A stretch of DNA of 64,000 bases, taken from NCBI GenBank assembly GCA_964016885.1, contig OZ024741.1, forward strand, positions 333,560,001-333,624,000. The letters run 5' to 3'. Below, piece after piece: positions 1 through 12,155 of this stretch. The DNA is from Eledone cirrhosa (taxonomy: Eukaryota). The position numbers and the translations under genes are program-made. Under the pieces are notes generated by a model. The model was not told the DNA's origin. It worked only from the letters and a program-made list of their open reading frames with translations, and did no database searches. Position 1 is the first letter of the stretch; every line of letters starts with the position of its first letter.

Positions 1-410
1 CAATGTTGTTATTCAAGAGAACTACACTATTTAAGTTGTCATATAGTGTTTAGATTACTTGAATGAGGTTGATGTCAAAGTTATAATTCTTCATCACCTT
101 CCACAAACCCTCATGCCAAACATAGTCAAAAGCTTTTTTAAAGTAGATGAAGTTATGATAGAGGTCATATTGGTGCTGCAGGTGTTTCTCAGTGAGCAGT
201 CCGATGTTATATATCTGCTCTCTTGTACTTCTTTTGGGCCTGAATCCTGCCTGTTCTTCTGCCAGGATTTCTTCAGCCTGTTTAGAAGAATTCTTAGCAG
301 TACTTTGCTGGTGAGGTTAATGAGGCTGATTGTTCTGTAGTTCTGGCAGAGTCTTAAGTTTCCTATTTGGGGAATGGGTATCAACAGTGATTGGGTCCAC
401 TCCTTTGTTG
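1..410 (-). pseudogene. Degraded non-LTR (RTE/BovB-like) reverse transcriptase fragment
   Basis: Minus strand reads IPIPQIGNLRLCQNYRTISLINLTSKVLLRILLNRL, then frameshifted FKKAFDYVWHEGLW (RT domains 1-3). Confidence 0.8.
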
Positions 411-444
411 ATGAAGTTCAGTGTCTAGGTTCTGTTCATATGTT

Positions 445-640
445 TTGCTTTGGCTTGGTTTCAATGGCTGGATTCCCTTCCTAACACCAACAAGTTTATA
501 GCAAGAACTAGCAACATGGTTTCAATGGCTAGATGCGCTTTCAAACACCAACTACTTTACAGTGTGTACTGGAAGCATTTAATCCTGACACCATCACAAC
601 CACTCTTACAGGGTGCTTTTCTTCATGACACAAGCACTAT
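445..640 (-). mobile_element. Degraded RTE family-B 3' UTR remnant
   Basis: Motif tggctggatNcccttcctaacaccaac...tttacagtgtg shared with the 3' UTR at 27991-28343. Confidence 0.6.
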
Positions 641-1227
641 CTTAGGAGGCTTTGATTGGAATTGGGGCTGGGGTACAGATATTGCACTGCTGCAGCAGTG
701 GGGGGAGGGGTTCATGGTGTGGGTGGGTCATGAAGTAGATGATGTCTGACATTATGGGAGTGTGCTTAGTTTCTCTTACTGAACTACAAGGGAGTGTTTA
801 TAAACTGCTTGGAGCAAATGGTAGAGTAAAAACTTCATTTCTTAATGCATTGCAGGCATAGTGCTGCTTTATATTTTTCAAGAATATCTTACTAATACAC
901 TTTAATGCAGTTTCACATCATACAGGATATTAAGAGTTGAGAGGACAACTCTGACTCCAAAACCTGATCAAATGGGTGTCATTAGACTTGACAAACAAGT
1001 CCTGCATCTAAAAGGTACATAGACATTAGCACCTATGATCCAAGGACCTCATTGTCACCATCCCTCTTGTTTGGCTATGGTAGATGAACCCTGGGCATGA
1101 AGGGTGAGGTGAATAATGTGCACACTGCAGCACTTATACATACTGAACTGTACTGTCATACATATCTGTAGCCATTTTACTCCAACCATATGTTAAGACT
1201 TAAAATAATGACAAAAAAAAAAAATTA

Positions 1228-1430
1228 GTGGTTTCTGATTTAGGCACAAGGCCAACAATTTGGGGGAGAAATTGGATAAATCGGCTCCAATGCATTACTG
1301 GTACTTTATTGTCCTCGTAAGGAAGAAAAGCAAAGCTAACCTCAATGGGTTTGAACACAAAATTTAAAGGGACATAACTTTATGCTGCAAACCATGGTGT
1401 AAGAAGCTCTACCAATACTGTCAATCCATA
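1228..1430 (-). mobile_element. tRNA-derived SINE, family S1 (Meta-domain-like core)
   Basis: Reverse-complement match to the copies at 11935 and 37945 (gttcaaa B-box-like, tttgc..ttc.tcctt, gtaccagt, ggccttgtgcc). Confidence 0.65.
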
Positions 1431-1609
1431 AAAAAAAAAAAAGCATTTTTAGTTTGCCTTTTCTGTTAGATTAACAAGATTTACTAAGATCTAAACAAAC
1501 AAATGTAAGCTGGCAGTGGTGGGGAGAGGACCTGTGCTCTTCTTGTTTCTTCATTTTTTGCTTATTTTGTTTTGCTTTCAAGTGTGTGGAATGTGTGCAT
1601 ACATCAGTT

Positions 1610-1830
1610 TTGACAATGTATGCACCTTCCAGTTATTTGATCAACAGAACTACAACAGCTTGCAAGTGGCTGACCATTCCACAAGGACATGTGTACCATT
1701 ACTGGAATTCTCAGGGAGATTCAGAATGACACAGTGTTTGTGTGTGTGAGACAAGGCTCTGGTTCTTTGAATTACAGATATACATAGTTTGTTTCAATGA
1801 GCTTCCAAATAGTTTGTCTACCTAAGTTGG
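1610..1830 (-). mobile_element. SINE 3' body fragment, family S3
   Basis: Reverse-complement similarity to 38990-39140 (cattccaca.gacatg, gggagattc, gacaaggct, aattaca). Confidence 0.55.
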
Positions 1831-2168
1831 TTCCACATTCTCTCTCCATCTCTGGAAAAAAATTGGCTGTGTTCAGACCTGATGAGGGGATCAGCTCTGC
1901 TAGGCTTAAAATGCTCCAAGAAACGCTGTATGGCCCTATGGTGCCCCCTACAATGCCATCAGGAGTTACAGGACCACACCATACCATACCATATTCATAT
2001 AGCAAGAGTTTATTCAGCCCCTGCATTTGTGTCACCATTCTCTTGTGAAAAAGAAAGAAAACAATACACATCAAATACCTATCCCGAGTCCCCCCACCTC
2101 AATTCCATCAGTCAAAATATAAAAAAATACATACATACATAAAACATAATACACACACACACACACGC

Positions 2169-2222
<54 letters not shown>

Positions 2223-2246
2223 ATATACATGGTAAATAACACTTAC

Positions 2247-2419
2247 CTAATGAACAACATAGTTAGGCCTGAGATTGAACCCAGGAAAGTTACGACTGTG
2301 ATTGTAAAGGGAATTTCTGAACTCTTTGAGCCTGTTGTGTTCACTGAAGCATGTAACTGTGCACCAGAGTTAGTTCTGAAAATAACCAAGATGAAGGTCA
2401 TGGTCAATGGAACATTCAT
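2247..2419 (-). CDS. Candidate first coding exon of a host membrane protein (signal peptide, short ectodomain, TM)
   Basis: ATG at 2419 opens MNVPLTMTFILVIFRTNSGAQLHASVNTTGSKSSEIPFTITVVTFLGSISGLTMLFI and ends at a consensus donor AG|GTAAGT (2247/2246). Upstream acceptor ttctttcttctcag at about 2538; alternative acceptor ttattttcag at 2376 gives a 129-nt frame-preserving exon. Confidence 0.5.
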
Positions 2420-3025
2420 ACATTAGTGAAGCTATCAATAATCAACGTCATCTAAACAATCTGAAGTACTTTCCTCTTCAAGTGATATATTTTCTTTAGT
2501 AACGACCCTGACAACAATGTAATCATATACGATCAACTGAGAAGAAAGAATTTCAGTCATATATCTTTATATTGAAACACAATCACTTCTGTCACTGTTA
2601 ATCTGAAAACTCCAATAACATGAACATTCAAAGTATATAAATACATATATATATATATATATATAAGTATGTAAACGTACATATGTATACAGACGTACAG
2701 TAGCATGTATATACATACATACATGCACACCTATATATATATGTATGTATGGGTTTACCAAACGTTTATTATAATGTTCGGTTTGTTTGTAAACAAACAG
2801 CCCGAATTAAGCCATACAGTGTTCAGCAACCATCGTTGCCCTTTTGTTCAACACTGACAAAGGAACGATGAACTAGTTTCTAGCTTATTAGCTGTTATTA
2901 GCACTGTATACCTTCCTGTCAGTTGATTGAACGTTTGAAAGTATGTACTTTCCTTATGCATATTAACAACTGAGCAGCCTAATTTGCATATCGAGTGAGT
3001 TAGTCGGCCGGGCATCCCGAAAACG

Positions 3026-3556
3026 ATAAATGGAAAAAAAGGAAATTTCAATTCTCACTCTTAGTATGGCTGATACTTAAATATAAGTATGTATACGTAC
3101 ATACATATATGTATACAGACGTACAGTAGTATGTATATATATATATACATGCACAGACAGACCTATGCGAGCAAAACAACCACTCTTGCCTCAAGTGGGA
3201 AAACTCCCGTCCAAACCCATGCAAGCGTGGAATATGGACGTTAAACGATGATGATGATGATGATGATGATGCAAACATATATATATGTACGTATGGGTTT
3301 ACCAAACATTTATTATAATATTTGGTTTGTTTGTAAACAAACAGCCCGAATTAAGCCATACATTATAACCGCCCGAATTATACCGAACATTATAATGAAT
3401 GTTTGGTAAACCCATACGTACATATATATATGTGTGCATGTATGTGTGTATATACATACTACTGTACGTCTGTATACTAATATGTATGTACGTAAACATA
3501 CTTATATTTAAGTATCAGCCGTACTAAGAGTGAGAATTGAAATTTCATTTTTTTCC

Positions 3557-3562
<6 letters not shown>
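3026..3562. mobile_element. Foldback/MITE-like element with long inverted arms, interrupted by an RTE 3' tail (about 3157-3270); partial copy at about 2660-2820
   Basis: ataaatggaaaaaaa..aaatttcaattctcactcttagta..tgatacttaaatataagtatg is mirrored at 3497-3562; internal gggtttaccaaac / gtttggtaaaccc arms. Confidence 0.7.
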
Positions 3563-3620
<58 letters not shown>

Positions 3621-3763
3621 CCAAAGATTAATATGGTTCATTGATTACTCAATGAATACAGTTTTACAATAGATTAAAAGCACTCAACGAGTAAATATTA
3701 CTGGAGTTTTAATATTATTCAAAATATTAACAAATGAAGATATTCACATAATCAAAATATATG

Positions 3764-3828
3764 CTTTATTATATATATTTCTAAGGTACTGTGTTGTTTT
3801 TTTTCCAGTACGTCCTCGTCAGATAAAA
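3764..3828 (-). ncRNA. Minimal type I hammerhead motif (stem II base degenerate), mirror copy
   Basis: Reverse complement of 3944-4008. Confidence 0.55.
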
Positions 3829-3943
3829 TATATGATTTAATATATGACATGCCTCTACGGTCTTGATATTTCAATTCCAGTTTTGCCAATACTGGAATTG
3901 AAATATTAAGACCGTAGAGGCATGTCATATATCAAATCATATA

Positions 3944-4008
3944 TTTTATCTGACGAGGACGTACTGGAAAAAAAACAACACAGTACCTTAGAAATATATA
4001 TAATAAAG
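3944..4008 (+). ncRNA. Minimal type I hammerhead motif (stem II base degenerate)
   Basis: TTTTAT-CTGACGA-[ggacGTACTG..CAGTACctta]-GAAA-TATATA-TA-ATAAAG; palindromic stem III. Confidence 0.55.
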
Positions 4009-4073
4009 CATATATTTTGATTATGTGAATATCTTCATTTGTTAATATTTTGAATAATATTATATATATATAA

Positions 4074-6884
4074 GTTCGAGTTAGTAATCGAATAATTAAG
4101 CTTAGATTAGTTGTAGGTAGGAGACTACTGACAATCATCTCGGTCTATGCTCCCCAAGCAGGCCTAGGCAAAGATGAGAAAGACTGCTTTTATGAGCAAC
4201 TTTTGCAAACAACCACAATGACAGAGGACGGAGACATCGTTATGCTAGCAGGAGACTTCAATGGTCATGTTGGACAGCTCCAGGATGGTTACACTGGGGT
4301 ACATGGTGGGCACGGTTACGGTTCAAGAAATGAAGAAGGAGTGAGACTTCTTGAATTTTGTGATGCAAGTACATTGACTATTTGCAACACAAACTTCCAG
4401 AAACCTGCCAATCACCTAATAACCTACAAATCTGGTGAGCACATAAGCCAGATTGACTTCCTGCTAGTTAGGCAGCGGGACAGTCAGATAGTGTCTAATA
4501 CCAAGGCATACCCTGGGGAAGAATGTACCCCACAGCATAGGTTAGTTGTTAGTGATATCTCAGTAAGCAAGAGATGGAATGAGACATATAGAAGGTGTGG
4601 AGAAGAAAGGTCTGGAAGCTAAAAGACCTTTCACTAAAATTCAAATTTAGGAAAGCCCTTCAAGATGTATATGACGAAAAAGAAGACGATTTAGAGACGT
4701 ATGACATAGATAATAACTGGAAGTTCTTACGTGACAACTTGCTGAAGGCTACTGATGAAACCTGTGGCTGGAGCAGAGCTCCAACCAGACAGAGAGTGAC
4801 CTGGTGGTGGAACAGCAGTGTAGATAAGGCTATTAGAGACAAAAGACTAGCATGGAAGGCTTGGAATAAGGGTGGGAGTAGGGAAGAATATACAGCCACT
4901 AAGAGAGAAGCTAGACGTCAGGTGTACTTAGCACGCAGGGAGGCAGAGAGTAGGAGGTTTGCCAATGTTCTACGACGGGAAGATCAGAGGCGTGCGGTGT
5001 TCCACATTGCAAGGCAGTGTGTCAATGCAAATCAGGATGTTGTTGGTGATAAATGTGTCCGGGATGATGCCGGTGTACTTAGTGTCACGAATGACCAGAA
5101 AAAGGAGGCCTGGAAATGTCATTATGAGAGACTGATGAATGTGGAGAACGAATGGGAGAGAGAGAAATTACCCTTGGTAGATCCGACAGAGGGACCAGCT
5201 ATTGAGATTGACGAATATAGGGTCCAAGAGGCGATTAGGGAAATGAAAAATGGTAAGGCGGCCGGACCATCGGGAATAGTTGCTGAGATGCTGAAGGCAT
5301 CAGGGGACGTAGGCACTAAACTGGTTGCACGCATAATCAATCAGGCTATATATGGTGGTGTCATACCCAAAGACTGGTGCAGCAGTATTCTCATAAATTG
5401 CTACAAAGGTAAAGGGGATGCTTTGGAGAGGAGCAATTATAGGGGTATAAAACTGATAGATCAGGTTATGAAAGTGGCAGAAAGGATTTTAGCACAACTA
5501 ATTAGAGAAAGGGTCAAACTAGATGAGATGCAGTTTGGTTTTGTGCCTGGGAAGAGTACAACAGATGCCCTCTTCTTGGTGAGACAAATGCAAGAGAGGT
5601 TCTTAGAGAAGAATAAGCCACTATACTTAGCCTTTGTTGACCTAGAGAAGGCCTTTGATAGGGTACCCCGATCTGTCATCTGGTGGTCCCTAAGGAAGCT
5701 GGGTGTTGAGGAATGGCTTGTAAGGACAGTGCAAACTTTGTACAGAGGTACTCTCAGTAAAGTCAGGGTAGGAATGGAGTTTAGTGAGGAATTCCAGATA
5801 CAAGTAGGAGTACATCAGGGTTTGGTCCTCAGCCCGCTCTTGTTCATTATAGTCCTCCAAGCCATAACAGAGGAGTTTAAGACTGGCTGTCCATGGGAAC
5901 TTCTCTATGCTGACGATCTGGCTCTTATGGCAGAATCAGTAGAGGAGCTAGAGAATAAATTCCGGCTATGGAAACAGCAGTTGGAAGCAAGAGGACTGAG
6001 AGTAAATCTAACTAAGACAAAAGTGTTGATGAGTAGAAAAGAGGACAAAACCCTGATTCCGTCAGGGAAATGGCCATGTTCGATATGCAGAAAAGGAACT
6101 GGCATAAATTCTATAAAATGCACACAATGTAGGTCCTGGGTACACAAGAGATGTAGCGGGATAGCAGGCAAACTAACAGGTAGGGAGAACTATGTATGCA
6201 GTAGATGTACAGGGAAATTAGACAGTAGAAGTCGCACTGATAGACACATTTTTCAAATGCGAGAGGGCGCTATAGAAGTGGTGAATAGCTTCCGGTACCT
6301 AGGAGATCAGATTAGCATGGGAGGAGGGTGTTCCGAGGCCATAGTATCTAGAATAAAGACGGGTTGGAAGAAGTTTAGGGAGCTGCTTCCTCTGTTGACG
6401 AAGAAGGGTTTCTCCCTGCGTACGAAAGGCCGGTTGTATGATGCCTGTGTGAGGAGCGCGATGCTGCATGGTAGTGAGACATGGGCAGCTACCGCAGAAG
6501 ATATGCGACGGCTGGAGAGAAATGGGGCAAGCATGCTCCGTTGGATGTGCAGTGTAAATGGGCGTGAACAACCCAGCATAAATGTGTTGAGAGAGAAACT
6601 GTGTCTGAGAGGGATAGAATGTAGTGTACGGGAGAGGAGACTGAGGTGGTATGGACATGTGATGCGCATGGAGGATGACCGATGGGTGAAGAAGTGCCAG
6701 GAAATGCCAGTTGAAGGAAGACGTGGTAGAGGTAGACCACGAAAAACATGGGCGGAGGTGGTGAGAACAGACCTCAGATCATTGAAGCTCACGGTGGAGA
6801 TGACGAGGGACCGTGACGAGTGGAGAGATGCTGTGCTGAATAAGACCCGTCCCACCCTTGCAAGCAGAGAAAAGCGGACGTAAA

Positions 6885-6919
<35 letters not shown>
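4074..6919 (+). mobile_element. RTE-clade LINE family A, 5'-truncated; APE-RT-PHD; frameshift near 4590
   Basis: APE motifs YAPQ, GDFNGHVG, SQIDF, QHRLV; RT motifs [12 protein letters not shown](L)VLSP, YADD, FRYLG; (GAT)n tail; candidate TSD ATATAAGT at 4068-4075 and 6918-6925. Confidence 0.95.
4595..6883 (+). CDS. RTE ORF, RT and C-terminal part (762 aa) with embedded C4HC3 PHD finger
   Basis: ORF track; CSIC..CTQC..WVHKRC..CSRC lies between [10 protein letters not shown] and FRYLG. Confidence 0.85.
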   Translation: MWRRKVWKLKDLSLKFKFRKALQDVYDEKEDDLETYDIDNNWKFLRDNLLKATDETCGWSRAPTRQRVTWWWNSSVDKAIRDKRLAWKAWNKGGSREEYTATKREARRQVYLARREAESRRFANVLRREDQRRAVFHIARQCVNANQDVVGDKCVRDDAGVLSVTNDQKKEAWKCHYERLMNVENEWEREKLPLVDPTEGPAIEIDEYRVQEAIREMKNGKAAGPSGIVAEMLKASGDVGTKLVARIINQAIYGGVIPKDWCSSILINCYKGKGDALERSNYRGIKLIDQVMKVAERILAQLIRERVKLDEMQFGFVPGKSTTDALFLVRQMQERFLEKNKPLYLAFVDLEKAFDRVPRSVIWWSLRKLGVEEWLVRTVQTLYRGTLSKVRVGMEFSEEFQIQVGVHQGLVLSPLLFIIVLQAITEEFKTGCPWELLYADDLALMAESVEELENKFRLWKQQLEARGLRVNLTKTKVLMSRKEDKTLIPSGKWPCSICRKGTGINSIKCTQCRSWVHKRCSGIAGKLTGRENYVCSRCTGKLDSRSRTDRHIFQMREGAIEVVNSFRYLGDQISMGGGCSEAIVSRIKTGWKKFRELLPLLTKKGFSLRTKGRLYDACVRSAMLHGSETWAATAEDMRRLERNGASMLRWMCSVNGREQPSINVLREKLCLRGIECSVRERRLRWYGHVMRMEDDRWVKKCQEMPVEGRRGRGRPRKTWAEVVRTDLRSLKLTVEMTRDRDEWRDAVLNKTRPTLASREKRT

Positions 6920-6973
6920 ATAAGTATATATGCACATTTGCATACATATACATATATATTTACATACATTTAT

Positions 6974-7063
<90 letters not shown>

Positions 7064-7101
7064 GTATATATACATACATATATATATACATATATATATA
7101 T

Positions 7102-7177
<76 letters not shown>

Positions 7178-7180
7178 ATA
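6920..7180. repeat. (TA)n-rich microsatellite between tail-to-tail RTEs
   Basis: Direct reading. Confidence 0.95.
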
Positions 7181-8463
7181 TCATCATCATCATTTTACGT
7201 CCGCTTTCCTCTGCTTGCAAGAGTGGGACGGGTCTTATTCAGCACAGCATCTCTCCACTCATCACGGTCCTTCGTCATCTCCACCGTGAGCTTCAATGAT
7301 CTGAGGTCTGTTCTCACCACCTCTGCCCATGTTTTTCGTGGTCTACCTCTACCACGTCTTCCTTCAACTGGCATTTCCTGGCACTTCTTCACCCATCGGT
7401 CATCCTCCATGCGCATCACATGTCCATACCACTTCAGTCTCCTCTCACGTACACTACATTCTATCCCTCTAAGACACAGTTTCTCTCTCAACACATTTAT
7501 GCTGGGTCGTTCACGCACATTTACACTGCACATCAACGGAGCATGCTTGCCTCATTTCTCTCCAGCCGTCGCATATCCTCTGCAGTTGCTGCCCATGTCT
7601 CACTACCATGCAGCATCGCGCTCCTCACACAGGCATCATACAACCGGCCTTTCGTACGCAGAGAGAAACCCTTCTTCATCAACAGAGGAAGCAGCTCCCT
7701 AAACTTCTTCCAACCCCTCCTTATTCTAGATACTACGGCCTCAGAACACCCTCCTCCCATGCTAATCTGATCTCCTAGGTACCGGAAGCTATCCACCACT
7801 TCTATAGCGCCCGCCTGCATTTGAAAAATGTGTCTATCAATGTGACTTCTACTGTCTAATTTCCCTGTACATCTACTGCATACATATTTCTCCCTACCTG
7901 TTAGTTTGCCTGCTATCCCGCTACATCTCTTGTGTACCCAGGTTCTGCATTGTGTGCATTTTATAGAATTTATGCCAGTTCCTTTTCTGCAAATCGAACA
8001 TCGCCATTTCCCTGACGGAATCAGGGTTTTGTCCTCTTTTCTACTCATCAACACTTTTGTCTTAGCTAGGTTCACTCTCAGTCCTCTTGCTTCCAACTGC
8101 TGTTTCCATAGCCAGAATTTATTCTCTAGCTCCTCTACTGATTCTGCTATAAGAACCAAATCGTCAGAATAGAGAAGTTCCCATAGACAGCCAGTCTTAA
8201 ACTCCTGTTATGGCTTGGAGGACTATAATAAACAAGAGCGGGCTGAGGACCGAACCCTGATGTACTCCTACTTGTATCTGGAATTCCTCACTAAACTCCA
8301 TTCCTACCCTAACTTTACTGAGAGTACCTCTGTACAAAGTTTGCACTGTCCTGACAAGCCATTCCTCAACACCTAGCTTCCTTAGGGACCACCAGATGAC
8401 TGATCGGGGTACCCTATCAAAGGCCTTCTCTAGGTCAACAAAGGCTAAGTATAGTGGCTTATT
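7181..8463 (-). mobile_element. RTE family A, 5'-truncated inverted copy with small frameshifts
   Basis: Reverse complement of about 5614-6897; ORFs 7195-7536, 7533-8159, 8197-8499; (GAT)n tail. Confidence 0.95.
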
Positions 8464-8669
8464 TATATATATATATATATGTTCCCAACCCCCTCTCAAG
8501 AGTGTGAAACTAATAAACCTTTGTTCGTACTGCCTCTCTGTTTTGTTCCCGTTCCATTTTTCACTATATATATATATATATATATATATAAAAACTCAGA
8601 ATTTGTCAAATCTTATTATTAATGATGATAAACCAAAGCCGAAGCATATAGACAATATGCCCCCATCCC

Positions 8670-8940
8670 CTGCAAAGTGGTTGTGGAGGTGTCACGACAA
8701 AAAAGCACCCAGCTTACACTGTAAAGTGGTTGTGTAGGCACCATGATAAAAAAGCACCCAGCACTCATTATAAATGAGGTTGGTGGTAGGAAGGACATCC
8801 AGCTGTAGAAATGAAGCTAAAAGCAGTTCCCGTATGAGCAAGACAAGGTCAGACGACTGGACACTGCCCACAATAGGACAACCCGTCTAACTCATGCTAG
8901 CATGAAAGAATGGACGTAAAACAGTGATGATGATGATGAT
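8670..8940 (+). mobile_element. RTE family-B-type 3' UTR/tail fragment
   Basis: aggaaggacatccagctgtagaa..catgctagcatg..tggacgtaaaaca(gat)n. Confidence 0.75.
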
Positions 8941-8946
8941 ATGTGT

Positions 8947-8987
<41 letters not shown>

Positions 8988-9117
8988 TCTGTGCACTGAA
9001 TAAATGAGACTGTCTGCTTTTCCTTTGTTTTCTCCCTTGATTTGTCCTGTGCGCCACCCTGCTATTTTGAATTTTGTATCCATATGTATACATATATACA
9101 TACATACATCTATATAT

Positions 9118-9167
<50 letters not shown>

Positions 9168-9381
9168 GTATGCAACTGTATAAATTCAAAATCTGTAATC
9201 ATATATATGCATATATATATAACTATGACCTCATCAGGCAGTTAGTTAGTTCTTAGATATGCCAGCTCTGTGTTTATAGTGTTGATGGTATCAGAGCCTT
9301 GGGACATATATGGCTATCATCGAAATATATATAGTAAATAAAGGATTATGAGTTCATGCAATTGACTTATGTTTCGTCACT

Positions 9382-9416
<35 letters not shown>

Positions 9417-9869
9417 GCATACATATATACATACATATATACATATGTTCATACATATACACATATGCAGGTGTTTTTTTTAACACAGTAAATATTTCTT
9501 TTATTTCTTATTATTTTTAAATTGCAAAAACAAATGCCATAGCTGTCAAAATTCAGCACATAAACACATATATCTCTATTACTTAATTACATAAATATTT
9601 CATATGAAAATATAGAATCAAAATGAAAGAAAATATGAAGTTAACACTCAGTGTGCTCACACGCCACAAGGGGTGTCAGAGTCTCTCTGTAATGCTTTTT
9701 GATGCAAGCCAACACATTGGTAGTCTTATAGTAGATGATAGCAAGACTAAGGCATTGGATCAATCAATTATTCTTTTAAGAAAACTATAATAGAAACTAC
9801 ATAATACGATGACTGCAACATGATGACATCAAACACCCCCATACCAGTAATTGCTGTAGGTTGATGGTC

Positions 9870-10050
9870 ATTTTGCCAGGAAGGTTGAGATATAGTTTTG
9901 AAGGTTGTCTGTGATTTCTTGTTTTCCTTGTGTATGCAGGTCTGGTGAGTGGGGTCGTATGTAGGTTTGTGGATTGTTTTCTTGAGTTTGTCGATAGCTT
10001 TTGTTTGTTGTAGATTTGTTTACATTCAAGTTAAGGGATATGATGGTCTT
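9870..10050 (-). pseudogene. Possible degraded APE endonuclease N-terminus (L1/Tx1-like)
   Basis: TIISLNLNVN..YIRPHSPDL resembles the SLNV..PDIICIQETH motif. Confidence 0.3.
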
Positions 10051-10269
10051 AAGTATGTATATGTGTGTCACACCTTCATTCTATGTCGACTGAGTTCCTC
10101 ATTGACAGGACTGGCTTAAAAAACTCCTATATAAGAATGAATGTATTTGCATTTGCTGGTGTTCATTGAGAACATTGAATTGGTATAGATTTCTTTAAGT
10201 AAAAGTTAATACAATCAATGGCCTTAGATCAATTATTCATTTATTCTTCATCATTTTACTTCTGCTTCT

Positions 10270-10522
10270 CCCAAGTGGTTATGATGTTTGATGTACGATT
10301 GTAATCTCATTGGTTCATTTCCTGCATTGTGTTCTTGAGCAAAACACTTTATTTCACGTTGCCCAAGTACACTCAGCTGAGATGAGAAACAGCAGTAGCT
10401 GGGGAGTTAAATCTATGATAAACCAGCATCCTATCCAGGGAGAGGCTTGTACTCTGTTGCTTAATTCCAAGGAACCCATGGATGAGCACCAGCCTGATGA
10501 GCCTTTGGCTGTGACTAGACTT
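10270..10522 (+). mobile_element. tRNA-derived SINE, family S2
   Basis: ttcttgagcaaaacactttatttcacgttgc core, agcatcctatccaggg; matches 18000-18245. Confidence 0.65.
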
Positions 10523-10524
10523 TA

Positions 10525-10940
10525 ACTTTAAAATTTCCCTGCTTGCTTGGTTTGGATGGATCCTCTCTAGTACAGCTTCACTCCACACACAATCCACTGT
10601 GAGGTTCAGTGTTTTGAGATCAGCCCTCACTCCCTCTGCCCAGCTCTTTTTTCATCTTCCTCTATTGCAGCTTCCTTCCACTGGCTTCCAGTTGGCACTT
10701 CTTGGCATAGCATTTATCATCCATACACATCCATCACATGTCCAAAGTAACACAGTTGTCTCTCTTACACATTACATTTGATTCCTCTTATATCCCAGCT
10801 TTTCTCTTAGTTCAACCACACCCTGTCATTCATGCACACTAACATTACAAATCCAATGGGGCATGTTCAATTCATCCCTCTCAAGTCACTGCATTTACCA
10901 CTCTGCATTTACCACTCATGTAACATCACACAGCATCCTA
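10525..10940 (-). mobile_element. Old RTE family A 3' fragment
   Basis: Degenerate C-terminal coding (DLKTLNLTV..WSEAVLER). Confidence 0.65.
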
Positions 10941-11214
10941 CATTCTACTCTTCAGCCATAGAGGAAATCATACTATATATGTTCCTTTAACTTTGATGAA
11001 TAAGAATATTTATTCAAAATGTTATGTTTATTAATTTATAATTCAAAGGAAAGAAAATGAGAACATCAGACCTTGATACCTCAGCAGTTATGTTTCTCCT
11101 TATTGATAATACTATGACATACTCATACTTTAAACTCTACAAAGACATGTTTGAAAATGTTTATTTGAGTTTGTTTACACACACATACATACATATATAT
11201 ATACAGAGCTACTC

Positions 11215-11633
11215 CCTATGTACAAAGAACCGACTCTATTAGGCCTGTGTGCAAAGTGTGATGCTGCATGGTAGTAAAACATGGGCTGTCACTGCAGAGG
11301 ACATGTGTAAATTGGAGAGAAATGAAGCAACCATGCTTTATTGGATGGGCAATAAAGTATAAGAGAAAGGCAGAGCTTGGACGAGTTGAGGTAGAAGCTG
11401 GGTTTAAGTGGAATCTGAAATGGTGTGCAGGAGAGAAGACTGCATTGGTATAGATGTGATGTACATGGATGATGATCACTGGGTGAAGGAGTACCCGGAA
11501 ATCCCAGTGACCTTAAATCACTGAGACTCGCTGAAAAGATGACGGAGGAATGCAGTGAGTGGAAGGATGCCATGCTGAGAAGGATCCATCCAACCTATGG
11601 GAAAGCAGACGTAAAAATGATGATGATGATGAT
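11215..11633 (+). mobile_element. Old RTE family A 3' fragment with (GAT)n tail
   Basis: atgctgcatggtagtaaaacatggg..gcagacgtaaaaatgatgatgat. Confidence 0.75.
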
Positions 11634-11934
11634 ATATGTGTATGTGTTGTTATATAAGGGGTTCACCAAAGTTGAACTACCCCAGACCCCTAAGGTCTAA
11701 ATCTGTTCCTAACTATAACTATATCTGACTAAATCTCTTCCTAACTATAACTATATCTGACCTGCTCATAATTTCAATCCAACAAAGATAATTTTGAAAA
11801 TGTGTTTAAAATATAATTATTGTAGAGTTTTAACCACTTCATGACCATATTCCTAATAAAATACTCAGTATTTACTTCATTATGAATTTAGAAAAATTTA
11901 ATAAAATTACCATTTATTTCATTAAGATTGTACA

Positions 11935-12155
11935 GGGCGGTGGATTGGCAGTATCAATAGATTGTTAGCCAAAATCCTTTGCAGTATTTAGTTAGGACTT
12001 TCTACCTTTTGAGTTCATATCCTGTCTTTGTCAAATTTGTCTTTCATCTTTCTGGAGTTGATAAAGTAGAGTACTAGTTAGGTACTGGGGTTGATACAAT
12101 TGATTTTCCCCTTTCCTGAAATTGCTGTTCTTGTGCTGAAGTTAGAAAGAATTAT
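11935..12155 (+). mobile_element. tRNA-derived SINE S1
   Basis: ggcggtggattggcag head, gagttcatatcc, tttgtctttcatctttctggagttgataaa..agtactagt. Confidence 0.7.

Larger units (their letters stand above)
3710..4062. repeat. Near-perfect 353-bp palindrome (inverted Penelope pLTR-like segment)
   Basis: Arms of about 172 bp are reverse complements around the centre ccagt-tttgccaat-actgg (3886). Confidence 0.95.

Noticed and set aside
1879-1930. CTGATGAG hammerhead-like core
   Set aside because: No correctly placed GAAA or stems; the related copy at about 19010 lacks the core.
6779-7299. YI/HT/VC-rich ORFs here and at 9, 17, 26.7, 31.8, 40.6 and 41.3 kb
   Set aside because: Microsatellite translations.
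10494-10520. CTGATGAGCC..GGCT hairpin
   Set aside because: Part of a SINE tail; no GAAA or stem III.
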